64,000 bases of DNA from Balanoglossus misakiensis (lineage: Eukaryota; Animalia; Hemichordata), in the NCBI GenBank assembly GCA_040954595.2, contig CM082578.2, positions 3,020,831-3,084,830 on the forward strand, written 5' to 3'. How positions within the stretch are numbered: the stretch's first letter is position 1; every line of letters begins with the position of its first letter. Of this stretch, positions 36,097 through 49,044 are shown in pieces. Under the pieces are notes generated by a model. That model did not search any database and was not told the DNA's origin. It saw nothing but the letters and a program-made list of their open reading frames with translations. Both the position numbers and the translations under genes were made by a program.

Positions 36097-37403
36097 TTAC
36101 TTTTTTGTTTCCTCTTTCGCTTACGTTTCTTCCTGCTGTTTTCATCAGTGCCTTTGCCCTTCGGAAGTACAGACGGTGACGCGGGCGAGAGTTCGGACAT
36201 ACCTTCACGCGAGGTGTCGCAGTCAACGAAACGGTCTTCTTCACTTTCGCTGATGTGAGTTGACACTTCGCTGTTCGAGTCGTCCTTTCCTTGCTGAGGT
36301 ACATGCGAATCGCGTGGTGGTTCAGGTACCGTCTGTGGTCCGGAGAGAAAGGACGTAATTGTCCGTTGGCGGGTCTTCTGATCCGAAGGCGTTGATGATG
36401 GTTTACTGTGCATGCGCAGGGTGGGAGTGTGCGATCCTTTGTCCTCTTGGAATACGGTTGGCGCAGACAAAGGATTGTCCACGGGGAGGGGCTGAGAATG
36501 CCGCTCTCTGGTTGGACTGGTGGATTGATTGGATTCAGGTGCATTCGAAGACGCGCCATTAACACCTATGATGTCATTTGCAGCATGACTGACATTCTTG
36601 GCGGCTGCACAGTCTTTTGCAATGTGACCAGCCTTGTCACAAAATCTGCATCTAATTTGATTTTGACAATGGCTACGAAGATGTCCCACCTGTAGACAGT
36701 TATTGCAGCGCTTCTCGCCTGTTGGTCCTTGATTTTGAGTTGTCACAAACAACCTTGCTGTGAAAGTACCGACTTTAATAAACTTTAATAATTCTTCTTT
36801 TGTCCGTTCAATGTAAACTACTCGATCCCCATTACAGATATCAGTGAGCTTACCATTAATTCGCCACTTTTGCCTAGCGATTTTCGTTCTAGTCTTCAGA
36901 CCAATATTGATCAAAGCACTGTGAATGACACTATCCTCCAGCGACAGTGGTAGGTCTTTTACAGTAACTTTCATCCAGTCTTCATGCAGTTCGCGTCTGA
37001 AGGGGTTTCTATCCCAAAGATCAATTGCCTTGCCACGAAGCGATAACCCATGTTGTAGGAGTATCAACTTATCTGCGTCATCCTTGGGATAAATTCGCCA
37101 CAACCCTCGAATACGTTGTAAGCCCTTAATGTTCTCTATGGGTACAACTTCTGCCATCGAGGCCAAAATTTCCTCACCTTTCAACCATAGCTTTGTTTCT
37201 GCGTTCACAACATCTGATTGCTTCAGGAATATCACACACCCTTCTTCCTTTTCTGCAATTTCAACCGCTGGAATGTCGGTTCGTCTCACCACTTGGGCGT
37301 AGCTCGTAGTCGCCACAGCGGCCATGATAGGGTCACTTTCCTTTGTCTCTGCTGGACACCGAAAAAAGCTCCCACAGTCACAGACAAGCCGGAAAGTAGT
37401 CAA
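36093..37403 (-). CDS. L1/Tx1 ORF1, gag-like protein with two CCHC zinc knuckles
   Basis: CNNCLQVGHLRSHC and CRFCDKAGHIAKDC, with a basic C-terminal tail. Overlaps the ORF2 start by 4 nt. Confidence 0.9.
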   Translation of the reverse strand: MTTFRLVCDCGSFFRCPAETKESDPIMAAVATTSYAQVVRRTDIPAVEIAEKEEGCVIFLKQSDVVNAETKLWLKGEEILASMAEVVPIENIKGLQRIRGLWRIYPKDDADKLILLQHGLSLRGKAIDLWDRNPFRRELHEDWMKVTVKDLPLSLEDSVIHSALINIGLKTRTKIARQKWRINGKLTDICNGDRVVYIERTKEELLKFIKVGTFTARLFVTTQNQGPTGEKRCNNCLQVGHLRSHCQNQIRCRFCDKAGHIAKDCAAAKNVSHAANDIIGVNGASSNAPESNQSTSPTRERHSQPLPVDNPLSAPTVFQEDKGSHTPTLRMHSKPSSTPSDQKTRQRTITSFLSGPQTVPEPPRDSHVPQQGKDDSNSEVSTHISESEEDRFVDCDTSREGMSELSPASPSVLPKGKGTDENSRKKRKRKRKQKSK

Positions 37404-38076
37404 ATGAAGTTACTTCTAAACGACAACAACTTTGTCCAAGTCGTCACGGCGAAAAACAACGCCAGACATAAACTGAAAAACGAATATTTGCGAAAAAACA
37501 AGCGCAGCGTTCAAACACCGTTTCCTTAGATGACGAGTGTAGAGCGCAGTTTGACTCCAGAAATAAAGCCTGTAGAACACAATAAAAAATACTGCAAACC
37601 CGATCCCAATGGTGGGCTTTCAAATCAATTTTAAGGGACAGCATCATCTTTCCAATCTGGTCTCCTGTTCTAAGTGAACACACATATGTATCCACACACA
37701 TTATGCTTTAATAGTTTAATAATTCCGGCTACATATGCTCAAGCACCATCACTATGACAACACTAACGTGCACAATTTTGTCCAAAACCCAAATAACATT
37801 TGAATATAAATCCGATTCGTACGTTCGCATAAAAATTACTATTTTGAATCTTTCAAAACGGTGAGGTTCTTGAACTGTGCAATCATTCATATTGCTGATG
37901 GGCCAGCCTTCGATGACGAACTTAACAAATCGCTTGAGTCGATGTAACTTTCGCCACACGAGCGAATAGAAATATAAACAGTCTAACATGAGCAAAATAT
38001 AAATTGCTTTCTGGGCATTTTCAAGATGGCTGCCAACATGAATGTCTGACTCACCTTGCTGCAATTCGTCATATGC

Positions 38077-38149
38077 GCAAATGCTGTTTCTGGTCTAAAA
38101 AGTTCACCTTATAAATCAGGTGAACTTTCAGACCGGAAACAGCATTTGC
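38077..38149. repeat. 73-bp near-perfect hairpin
   Basis: GCAAATGCTGTTTCTGGTCTAAAAAGTTCACCT - 8-nt loop - AGGTGAACTTTCAGACCGGAAACAGCATTTGC. Confidence 0.85.
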
Positions 38150-38488
38150 TCATTGTTTATACACTGGGCCCAAAATAATACACTTCTACTACATTGGACT
38201 AGAATCCTGGAAATAACGGAGGCGTGTCTTGCAGCAATGGCGTCAGCGTAAATGGTTCAATACTCTCTACACCGTTGAATTCTCCTCGCACCCAATTCTA
38301 ATGAACACACACACTCAAGCAAACTAACAGCCAGCTCCAACGCGAATATACTCCCATAAGCCCCCGACCCTCTCACATACATCTAATTTACCGTTAGTGT
38401 TTTACACACAATGTACCACTACTTTCTAAATGCCATAATTCAACAATAGTGGACGCCACATTTATTCCAAGAAATCTCATTCTGTGGC

Positions 38489-39604
38489 TTAATAATCGTT
38501 CTCGAAAGCCAGTTTTTGTTTTCTGAAAATGTCATTAGCCTTCCGATAAATTTCGATGTCGTAGTGAAGCGCTTCTCTCACAGCCTGATCGGAAGAAAGT
38601 TTCTTCCTTAGCTTTTCAACGATTTCCTGTTTGGTTTTATTAGCGTTCTGACCGTCCTTTAAATATTTCCTCGAGTTTTCATGCCTGCCAGCACATTTAC
38701 TGTAGAATGGAAGTTTAAAGGCGCATTCAAGAAGCTTGAATGTTGTATCATACTCAGTGGTCAAACCTATGACGGCAAACCACGATTCCAGGTTGTCCAA
38801 AATGTAATCCAAAATCAGAGCTTTGTGTCCATCCTGGATGACATGGTCCAAAATCAGTGCATTTATCCAAAACGGTGCAATTCTATCAGTTGATGGATCC
38901 TCGGCAGTGCGAACTTCATCCAGAAGGTTTAAATAGTCCGGTGTAAAAAACACCGGATTTAGTAGTATTTGTTGGAAAAACGCACTGCCCTGATGAACGG
39001 CCCATTCTTTCATTGTCATCTTATGGATAGGTCGCATCAAACACTGATGCTGCTGCTTGCTGAAATATCGACAAAAGTTGTAGGAAGAAATAAGTTGTTC
39101 ATACGGATCCCGCAAAACCGTGAACGTTCCACAAGGCTTCGTTGTAAAATCACACACGGGAAATGTTAAAGCGCCAACATAGAACTTAGCGAGATTTTGA
39201 TCCCTTCCCTTCGTCAACATCTGGGTATAAATACGACCTCCTTTTGCATTGCCTATAAGCTGAGCATGCGCCTCACCCATGTCTCTTAGGATCTGTGAAA
39301 GGCAAGTTTTGGATGTTGTGCCTCCAGACTTAGCGTTATGAACGAAGACCACCGTACTGTTTGCGTATGCTGCGTCTGGTGGCGCTCTCTCTGCCGTCAT
39401 TTTGTTTACCGGACGAGTAAAGAAATTTGGAAGATAATTGTGTCGCACCATCCATGGATACAGTCTGCTCACATTTTGTTCTTCGCGTCCAATACCAACG
39501 TGGGTGGGTTTCATTTCTCTAAGAAAATAAACCAGGATAATTGTGACAATCAAGAAACAGGCTATACGGGGAAAATTATATTTAAATACACATTTTACAT
39601 TGTA
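38489..39604 (-). CDS. Golgi type II membrane sulfotransferase (Gal-3-O / heparan-2-O sulfotransferase-like); start probably in an upstream exon
   Basis: N-terminal hydrophobic anchor, 5'-PSB VFVHNAKSGGTT, 3'-PB LRDPYEQLISSY, VIGLTTEY and DIEIY. The frame stays open upstream to an AG at ~39605. Confidence 0.85.
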   Translation of the reverse strand, partial: YNVKCVFKYNFPRIACFLIVTIILVYFLREMKPTHVGIGREEQNVSRLYPWMVRHNYLPNFFTRPVNKMTAERAPPDAAYANSTVVFVHNAKSGGTTSKTCLSQILRDMGEAHAQLIGNAKGGRIYTQMLTKGRDQNLAKFYVGALTFPVCDFTTKPCGTFTVLRDPYEQLISSYNFCRYFSKQQHQCLMRPIHKMTMKEWAVHQGSAFFQQILLNPVFFTPDYLNLLDEVRTAEDPSTDRIAPFWINALILDHVIQDGHKALILDYILDNLESWFAVIGLTTEYDTTFKLLECAFKLPFYSKCAGRHENSRKYLKDGQNANKTKQEIVEKLRKKLSSDQAVREALHYDIEIYRKANDIFRKQKLAFENDY

Positions 39605-41233
39605 CTATAAATATTACCATGTTTTTTGCCATGCTGGTGTAAAATTTGTGTTATTCCGACATCATCGGCATTTGGTTGGAAATGTAAATACGTAAACAAA
39701 AATCAGAAAAATTTAGATTTTCTCACAATTAGGAAACTTTTGAAACATACATACATGTTCATGAAAGATATACTTTTATCGATTACGTTAATCTTTCATC
39801 CTAAAAAGTTAGATGTTAATTTGTTTTTATGTTAATCATGTGTGTTATATATAACCGAAAACATGAATACGCACAATAGTGTTTTTATCTTTTCACCATG
39901 TGTCGTAAACTGGAATTGTTCATAAATAACTCTCAAAGTACAATTCGGGAAATATGATGGCAGATGAGAAGATTTTGCGATGTATTATTCTGGGTAAACA
40001 GACGAATGGAATGTATCATCAGGTTGTTTAGCGGCAAACCATGTGACCAGCTGCCCATGTCGAATACAACATTCGGTACCCGATCAAAATCACATGGTCG
40101 CGATTTAGGTCAAAATACCGCCAAATAACAAACTTTTTTTATTCGAAAAAGATTAGACTTTTACTTTGCCGTCATTAGCCATCGGTTCTTTGGGTTTGAA
40201 TTAGTTCAATAAAATGTTAAGGTTTTAGAATTTGTCACGTAGCAAAATTTGCTTTTCATTTTTTTTTCTCAAAAGAGTTGTCCTGATACATACTCTACAG
40301 CATATTCTAGTGTACATAATTAAAATTCGAAACCTCTGTCAGAATATATCCAGTATTAGAACGTTTGCTGTCTTACCCTGGTGTGTGAACATCGGGTTTG
40401 TTTAGACCAATTCCCCTCCAAGAGTAAAGCCCATAGAATCCAACAGATGCGATAATAATCGCGATTCCGATGATATGTTTCAAACTCGTTCTCTGGAAGA
40501 ACATCATTTTCCTGACGGCATGTCCTTTGAGCTTTAGCATCTTCATTCACACAACCTTGCCTGAGACGTTTTAAGGGACTGTTCGATTTGTCAACAGGGA
40601 GATGGTTCCAGCGCAGAGAATAAAACTCGCACGTGACGAAAATGTAACGCCCCTTAGCTGCAATTCTGATACACCAATATTTTAAAATTATTTTACCCAG
40701 ATAGTTGACAATACTGTTTTGCCCCTTTTAACAGCATGCTTAAACCTCCAAAGTTTACGTGATTTGTGCATTTATGCATCGTAATATTATGGAGGTCTTG
40801 CACTTTCAAGACATTTTGCACTTTAAAAATTAAATTATTCTAAGCATGTTAGTCATGATTTCAGACTTACCCCAAATCAGCAATTTTCTCCCTATGCCTC
40901 AGCATGGCAAAAAAACCCAAAAGAATCATATTTACATAGATTAGTTTGTACCAATTCCTTTTAATTTTATAGGTTCGAATTTTGGTCCTTCAATATGTTA
41001 TTAAGATGGGTCCGCCGTATCTTTTTGCTCGTTGCTATGGGCCTTTATAGGACATTACACTAAATTTTGATCGAAACCGTTATGAACGTCCGACAAGGGG
41101 CTTGTAAATAGTTAAAGATACGCACGATTGTATGCACACCCCCTATCCGAGTATGTTTACGGCAGCTACGGCCATAGGACGCCACGCTAATACGGCAAAG
41201 CTGCGGTCAGCGATAGCGTGCGCGTCCAGTAAT

Positions 41234-41782
41234 CAGAGGTTTAGTTACACGTAAATACGCGTACGTCTGACGCGTATGCGTAGCGACGCGTGAATTTTGC
41301 GGTTTAGTTGTCCGTTTTGAATAACAAAAATATTTAAAAACAATAGAAAATTCAAATATTTATCACTTCAATAAATTTTGTGTGTGATGAATATTCTCTA
41401 AGATCACCACCCTTGCAATAAGTTTCTTGACTGCAGTGGAAAGATAGTTTAGTGAAGTTTTTCGATGTCTTTGTCGAGGCGTCCACTGAAAACGTAGTTT
41501 GGGAATACATTTTTGTGTTTATGTTTTGAAAACACCATATAGCGCCGGTTTTAGCACATATGGCAGATTTTTTTAGATAACATGGATGCTGGCTACATCA
41601 CAATTGCACTGCAGAAATCAATCGCTCAAATTAAAGAGAGAATATCGAGAAATTCCGAAAAAATGTTAAGCGTCGCTTGCCGTTCCGAACGTCTGTTCTA
41701 CGCGTACGCGACCTCTGCTTATCACGTGACAATGACGCTACGCGTACTGATCGAACGTATTTACGTGTAACTAAACCTCTCT
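41234..41782. mobile_element. ~550-bp MITE (PIF/Harbinger-ISL2EU-like ends)
   Basis: TIR AGAGGTTTAGTTACACGTAAATACG / CGTATTTACGTGTAACTAAACCTCT, with AT at both flanks. Confidence 0.8.
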
Positions 41783-42463
41783 ATTCTTTACTATCAATCA
41801 CGTGATCTGGCAATGCGTCCCATGGCGCAGTCATTTCCAGATGACGGGCAAGCAATATTTCGGCATCCAGTAAAGTTTTTCCGAGTATGTTTTTACTTTA
41901 GAATTGCCAAACACATAACATGTATCAGGTATATGGTGCCTCATCAGCCTCATTGCATTCCGTCTGCGCAGTCTTTGTCTGCACCACGTAAGTCCACGTT
42001 GCTGAAGTTGCCCGTCATCTGGAAATTTGAATGCGAACGTATTAACTGCCACCTGAACGCGTCTGACGTCATTTGATAGCGAAGAATTACACTCGCCCCG
42101 ATCGCCAAATATGGAAACATTAATTAGAATAAATGAATATTCATTATAGAACGTTTCTATGGACACAGTAGAAATGGAGCCAATCGTATTAGCAATTTCA
42201 TTGCACCCATGTGATGAACACAGCAGCCTCGCAATATTTTTTCATCATCGTAATAAATAAACTGTGAAAATTACAGTCTTCTTCAGAAAATTATGAAAAT
42301 GCAAAAGTAAAATATACTATACTGGAGCTGTCACGTAACTCACGATCAGCGCTGTGCATTCCCGATTGACGTCATACGTCGCCCTTGACGACCGATCGTC
42401 AGTGAGCAGACGACACTTTTCAAACAGATTTTCGAACCCTCGACCAGCTAGCTTTGAGCAAAC

Positions 42464-45400
42464 ATGCACACCAGGGAAGTTGTCTATTTTATTTCAGCGT
42501 TTGCAATCACTTTTATTTTAATCACAGTAATAATTTTAGTTGTCACGCAAAAAACACCGCAATGTAAAAACCCGTTCCATGAAAAATGGAACCGGGGGAC
42601 AAATACACGACCAGAAATCGCCAAGTACGTAAGAAAGGAGTACCGGAACATTTTTTCTAGACTTGGCGTACACCGCACCGCAACAATCTGCAGGAAATGC
42701 ATCGAAATAGCCCCGACGAAGAGGGAATTTACCCGTTTTGGTGATGCGGGAACTCTGGGACACGGGCGAACAGTGCAGGTACGTATCCGAAAAATAAAAG
42801 AACTGTTTCTTTTCTCTCGTGAGGGCGATAAGTTGACCTTCGGTGTTTGACCGATGACCTGTCAACAATGTAAACAACGCTAGATACGATCTTAGGCAGT
42901 GATTTTATCTTGCGTACGTTTGTTTCCTTCATTGCCTTACACATTAACTTTCATTCTGTGTTATTGTCAAAAAGGGTCTACGATAATAAGAAACAAGCAG
43001 GGAAAGTCTCGCCTGCACCCGACATCCTAATTACACGGTCCCTCCAGATCCAGGGACCGAGCGGCCGAGGTCGACGTCCCAACAACACAATTAAAATCGT
43101 CCCACATATTTTCGTTCAGGCCGGGCCAAATAATAAGTCTGTCAGCAGCCGCTCTCGCCTTCTTTGTCTGGCACTATCATAACATGCACAGGCGTCGGAG
43201 TCACACTGCTGTGATCGCTTGATTCAACCTGTAAATAAGGTTTATTTATTTACAGGTTCAATCAAGCAATCACAGCAATGTGAATCCGACGCCTGTGATA
43301 GCATGCATAGGTAATTTTACAGCAAAGCGCCAAGTCCACCCCTAAGTGCTTAAAGCCCCAATAGCTGCAAATTTTTGCATTAATTTCATGATTATATTTT
43401 CGAAATTTAGAATGGTTTATTTAAGTGAGTTAACTGGTGGGTATACACAAACATATAATCAACTTCTGATTGTGGCTGCACATGTGAATATACGTACAAG
43501 TTAAATAATAAACAAGTGCCGCACCCGTGTATTCAACTGCCCATTGCAAGAGTACACAACTATCATGGTATGTGCACATGGTCATTAAAATCCCCACAAA
43601 GTCAAAATAGTGTCATTTGTCAACTACAGATGAAAGAGAAAATTAAAAAAATTTATTGATTAAAAATATGGTTAAGTGCCAGGTGTTTGGGGCTTTAAAA
43701 ACTTTGTTGTGGACTGATGGAGGTTAGAAGTTTTCTCTCTCTCAATGATGCAATGTAGCGTGTGACTAGTCTAGACTAGTGAGAACTTGATAGGAAGTAT
43801 ATGTAATGCGAACATTAAACTTGACAATTATTTTTCCCAGGTTGGAAGGAAACAGAAAGTTGGTGGCACTAGTGTTGACAATGAGGAGTCCATCAGAAGT
43901 ATCCCTTCTACCAGTAGCGTGGATGTATCCCCTAGCAATCAATTGACATGCAGTGCAGACTCTTCCCGAGCATGTGTGATTGCTAATATGCCACAGGTTA
44001 GATATATATCCTATTGAAGTACATAACTCATAACACTTTCACCCCATTTTCCTGTAAAGAGTTCCATTGAGAACAATTGAGAACAATTAGAGTTGGACAA
44101 AACCATGGTCTGATTTTCCTGGCTTCCCAACAAGGTTGACACCACTACAACCATGGTCATTCCACACACCTGTTACAGGCCAACACTGACTGTGGGGATA
44201 GTGCATAAATGATTTCCTTGGACGATATATGGAAATACATAATTAAATGGCAAAGGATGTACATATAAAATACATACATATATACATACATACATACGTA
44301 TTGTAAATCTGTACAAATATCTGAATACATAATAATCTAACTAATAATCTAACCATTTAAATTCACAAATGAAATAATTTGTGTATAAATGTCTTTTTAA
44401 ATTTATTTCAATATAATAGGAACATCAAGAGTCTGCTGATGTTACTGGTAGTGGATATGAACCTTCAGTGCAGAATCTACAGGTATGCTGACACTGAAAT
44501 GATTACCTAGTTCACATACAATTGCTAGACTGTAACCCTTTGGATTGAGCCAAGCTAAGGAAGTTGGGCTGGACAAACCCAGTAGTCAGTGAGAGGTTTT
44601 TGTTATCCAGTAAAATGCTGCCTGTGAGTCGCATTCACATAGCTCAGGTGTGTTCAGGTAAACTAGAGCAATTCATGTGCAGGTAAAAAGTGTTGTGCAA
44701 AAATATTTGATATCTTGTTCAGTCGGTAGCAAATAAACACACCTATTATACCCACACACATTTTCTACTTATAAATAGCTATACTTTCAGCAAACATTTA
44801 GAATCAAATGGGATAGTATAAGTAGCTGTAATATGTTGCTATTTTTTTCAGTATGTTTGCTGTCCGTCTCTTGCTCTGCCTGTGTGTCAATCTGGCCTAG
44901 TCTGTCTGTCTGTCTGTTGTATTTGGATCTAACCAAAGGTTACTTTGATGTGTTTTGCTTAGGATCCACCTCAACACATGTGCAGTGGAATGGCTGACTT
45001 AATAAAGAGGATAGAAGAACAAGATAAGGAAATAAGGAGGCTGAAGAGGGAGATAGAAAGTTCAAATAAAGAAAGACTTGAACTCAAAACATCCATTCTA
45101 AATCAGTTTGATACACAAAGAAAAAGAATAGATGCAATTAAAAAGATCTCAGAGCTTGAGAGTGAGGCTATGTTTGACCATTCTGTGGAGATGCAACAAA
45201 ATAAGCAATCTAGAAGTCTTGAAAATCAAATTAATATAAATATAGATGAATTGGTTAATAATAGAAATCCTGTGGTTGTGGCTGCTGTGAATGGATTTAC
45301 TCACCACAAATCGCCAGTATCAAAAAAATCAAACGAAAAACAAAAAGTTAAGAAATTTCTTGCTGTTGAGTCCATTTATAATGCTAGAAACCTAAATTAT

Positions 45401-47512
45401 ATCAGTGATTTTGTGTGTGCAGTGGAAGCTGTTATATATTCAATTTGTCAAAGTGAGAGTGTAATTGATATTGTTGGTCATATTTGTCCTGGGGGGAGTT
45501 ATGATACTATTTATTCAATGTTAACAGAAATGGGAGTGAAATCAGAGAGTAATACACCACAGGGTTTGTTAGAGTATTGTTTTGATAATGAGCAAAGATT
45601 AATGAAGACAAGACTGTCACGTAATCAAAATAAACAAGTATTGGAGATTTTAACTAATTCAATATGTGTACAATTAGATCCCCTTTCAACTATTCAAGAG
45701 GATGAGAACTATAAGCCAAGTAATTTTCCTGTTCCTAGTGATGAAGAAGCTTTGAGTTTGTGTGAACTTACAACAGACATGATATCGGCATACCATGGAG
45801 AATTTGATAAATATTTAACTGAAAGATTGAACAAAACAGATGACATTAATTTCATTGAAAATGAATTGGAGAAAAGGAAAGAACAAGAAGAGTATAAAAT
45901 TTGCCCTGTACCTCAATGCAATTATAGAAATCTGAAATCAAAGAAAAAATGTGAAAAATGTGGTACATGGATAGCAAAAGAAAGAAAGGCACAGGAAAAA
46001 GGGGATAGCTTAAATACAAGGGTTGAAAAGAAGTCAAAATCAACATCTCGCAGCCTTGTTTTCCATAACAGTTTCCCTTCTCTTGAAAGTGACAGCACCA
46101 TTGAAAAAAACACAAAAGAGAGATGTAATATCCCTCAAATCCAAGTGATTGCTCCTGTGTTTGTCAATCCAAGTAGTATTGAGGCTGTTAAGGAAGTACT
46201 TAGATCAATTGGTAGACATGCAGGGATTAAATATTATAATCCTGACGGTAAAAGGGAGTGGACAATTGTTCGTTGTGATGGATTACCATCAGGGTTGGTC
46301 AGAAAAATTATTGCTGAGAGTTCAGGGGAATTTGACTGGGTACTTCTGAGGACTGGGTTGGGTCATGAGGAAATGAATATGCTCAAAGCATTGATTGAAT
46401 TATATTGGGATGTGTTGTATGAAGAGTTTGCTAAAACACAAGGATACAAGACAGAGAAATCTCTCATGTTCTTCAAAAGCTGTGGGGACCACCATCAGGC
46501 ATTTGACAATTTCCTTAAATTCTGTGATGGTATAATTGATGAACTTGTGTATAACTATGTCAAAGATACTGATAATACTGAGTCAATATCATTTCAAAGG
46601 TTTTTGGAGTGGGCATTTGCTAACACCAGTAATGATGACACCTTTCAGTTGATTGTGAATCAACTTATACCTCACTGTTTAGGGTTGAAATTGTTCAGGA
46701 AAGGTATAAGGAGTAACAACAGCTGTTTGATCAGAACAGGCAGGAGGTTATTCATGCCTGTATGGTTTACTAGAAACCACCCTAAATATCAGGTCATCGA
46801 ATGTTGGGATGAATTTGACAGGATTAGATACCCTTATGACCTTAATCAGATTCTTCAGAGGTATGAAAGCATATCAAGGTCTGGTTCACCCACAGCTCAT
46901 CAAGGAACAGATTTTGTCCTTGAAGAATATAACAAAGAAGTTAAAAAATGGATTGGAGGAGAACCAAACTATAAAACTTGGGAACGGGTTATAGCCAATT
47001 ATGACACATTGGTGGCTTTGAGGAATGCTGTCACAACTACACTGTCACTTCCCCATGTTGAAAAACGCCAAAGAACATACCCAACATACAAAAATGAACT
47101 GACAGAATTTTGTATCCTACTCCGCCGCAATAGTTATTGTAAGCCCACTTTTGGCAGAAAGCTGTTGTCTGTTTGTGGCAAACCATTAGATTTTGAACTG
47201 TTAAGTTTGCCAATCATAGCAAAGCAGCGCCAACATGATTTGATAACTGAATACCTCTTGCCAGGAATATACCCATCAAAAAGACCAACCCCTCTACCAG
47301 TCTTCGTAACACCAACAGAAAGGGAATACTTTGAATTAGATCAGAACAAAACAAAACTGCAAATTACAAATGAAATCAACACTCTTTTGTCTGTTGTACC
47401 AAGCAATTTTGACAAAGAAAAGTTTGTCATCAAGTTAAGAAAAGAACATAAGAAAGATGGGTTACTTAAACTTTTAAGTGATGTAAGGGAATACATTGCT
47501 ACAATAGAATAG
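42464..47512 (+). CDS. Spliced Academ/DUF6589-like DDE transposase, ~1027 aa (exons 42464-42778, 43841-43996, 44420-44482, 44963-47512)
   Basis: All three introns are GT-AG phase 0 and the frame stays open. N-terminal CKNPFH...ICRKC, coiled coil, FDNEQ, CPVPQC...CEKC, CDGLP, GLGHEEMN, DFVLEEYNKEVK. The start codon is tentative. Confidence 0.75.
43187..43297. mobile_element. 111-bp foldback MITE in transposase intron 1
   Basis: CACAGGCGTCGGA...TCCGACGCCTGTG with ~50-bp arms. Flanks ATAACATG / ATAGCATG give an 8-bp TSD with one mismatch (hAT- or P-like). Confidence 0.8.
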
Positions 47513-48534
47513 AATCTTCCCAATATTACAGAATCATCCACTGTTGCAGTGTTGGATAAGTTCTTTGGCATTTTACACACCCTATCAGTGTAGAAAAGTC
47601 AGCTCTGCACACATTCCATGATAGACAAATCTAAACATCCCAGGGGTTAAAGACAAATATGAATATCATATATAATAATCCTGTTCAAGCTTGGAAAATA
47701 ACATTCAATCTAGTGTTAGAAATATTGTAATATTTACAATACTAATATATTAATAATTTATATATAAACATAAATATTACATTTCCTTTAATTATCAAAA
47801 TCCAGTTTAACAGAAATATTGTAAATATGTGTGTCATGTGTAAATATGAAATTTCCAATATATAATGTAATAGATAATATATACAAGTGTAATGTAGAAA
47901 TACATATTTATTTAATATTAAACGTTGAGTTCCATACAAAGATGACATTAGACTTCTCAGTGTTATAAATATATACAGCTTAATTGAACACATTGTTAAT
48001 GATATTGTGTGAAACATGATTAATTAGAAATAATTTTTGGCTGAATTATTGTTCTTCAATAAATTACAAATGGACAAACAAAATGGTGTATGTGACTGGG
48101 GTAGTAACAATGACACTGTGACATGTACAATACAATGGTGAGGACTGTGGACTTGACAGAATAGACAAGACACATGGTTGACACTTGCATTCATATGGAT
48201 TAATTGTGTGTGAGACTGATAACAGATGTGAGTGACACTGGAGAACTGAATGAGAATAACATGAAATGTGTAACATGATAATGACTTAGCAATTAAATGA
48301 CAATTTAAAACAAATGGGTGATCATATGTAATATGTGAAATATTACAAGTGTGATTTCTACAATTGGCTCCTTAAAATTAATATACTGTGAGATAAATTG
48401 TATTTGCAACCAAAAATATAGGAACTGCTCGTGTGCTCAAACTGATACGCTGGAGTGCATGGTACAAAGGTCAACGACCTTATGTGCAATCTACAAAACA
48501 ATCAAAACATACGACAATGACATTGACAACCAGG

Positions 48535-49044
48535 TCACTCCACACAGAGTGACCGTGTGACAAGAATATAATCATTATAATAGATTCTCGTGTAACGCCT
48601 AACGGCATATCTCTTTCTGGAGGATTTGGTGGCCCTTAAAAGGGCCGTTTTTGTTGTGTTTTCCAACTGAATGGAAGAAAACAGGACTTCACTAGCTCGA
48701 TCCACATCACTTTTCTTCAAAAGAAACCCTACGTTGCACCACTGAACGACACCGCAACGTCGTGAATAGAAGAAACCGCGGGCCTTAGGCTTCAAATAAT
48801 AAACACCATTTGAGGCAAGCCCCGCATCGATTACTCTTGCGATTAAACGTGCGGCGCGACGCTTCAAATGGCCAAATATTTGGGTCCGCGGCCCGGGCTC
48901 CGACGAATCCACTATTGCGATGGCATTTCTATCGTGAGGATTGTCATGCTCGCGGCGCAAATAGTATATTTCCCCGACTGTCAAATCTCCTCTGTAGTGA
49001 GCCATTCCCACGGCATTCACTCCGTGAATGATAACTTTCGGCAT
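48535..49044 (-). CDS. Stand-alone HIRAN domain protein
   Basis: VGMAHYRG...LRREHDNPHDRNAIAIV...FGHLKRRAARLIA fits the HIRAN consensus (G-x2-Y...L-x-REPxNPxDxNAI-x-V...GY/HL). The 3' end of the ORF is uncertain. Confidence 0.85.
   Translation of the reverse strand: MPKVIIHGVNAVGMAHYRGDLTVGEIYYLRREHDNPHDRNAIAIVDSSEPGPRTQIFGHLKRRAARLIARVIDAGLASNGVYYLKPKARGFFYSRRCGVVQWCNVGFLLKKSDVDRASEVLFSSIQLENTTKTALLRATKSSRKRYAVRRYTRIYYNDYILVTRSLCVE

Larger units (their letters stand above)
28228..37545 (-). mobile_element. Full-length L1/Tx1-like LINE (~5.1 kb without the nested insert)
   Basis: 5' UTR, ORF1, ORF2, AATAAA and an A-rich tail ending near 28228. Candidate 7-bp TSD GCAGTTT at 28221-28227 and 37546-37552. 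Confidence 0.88.
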
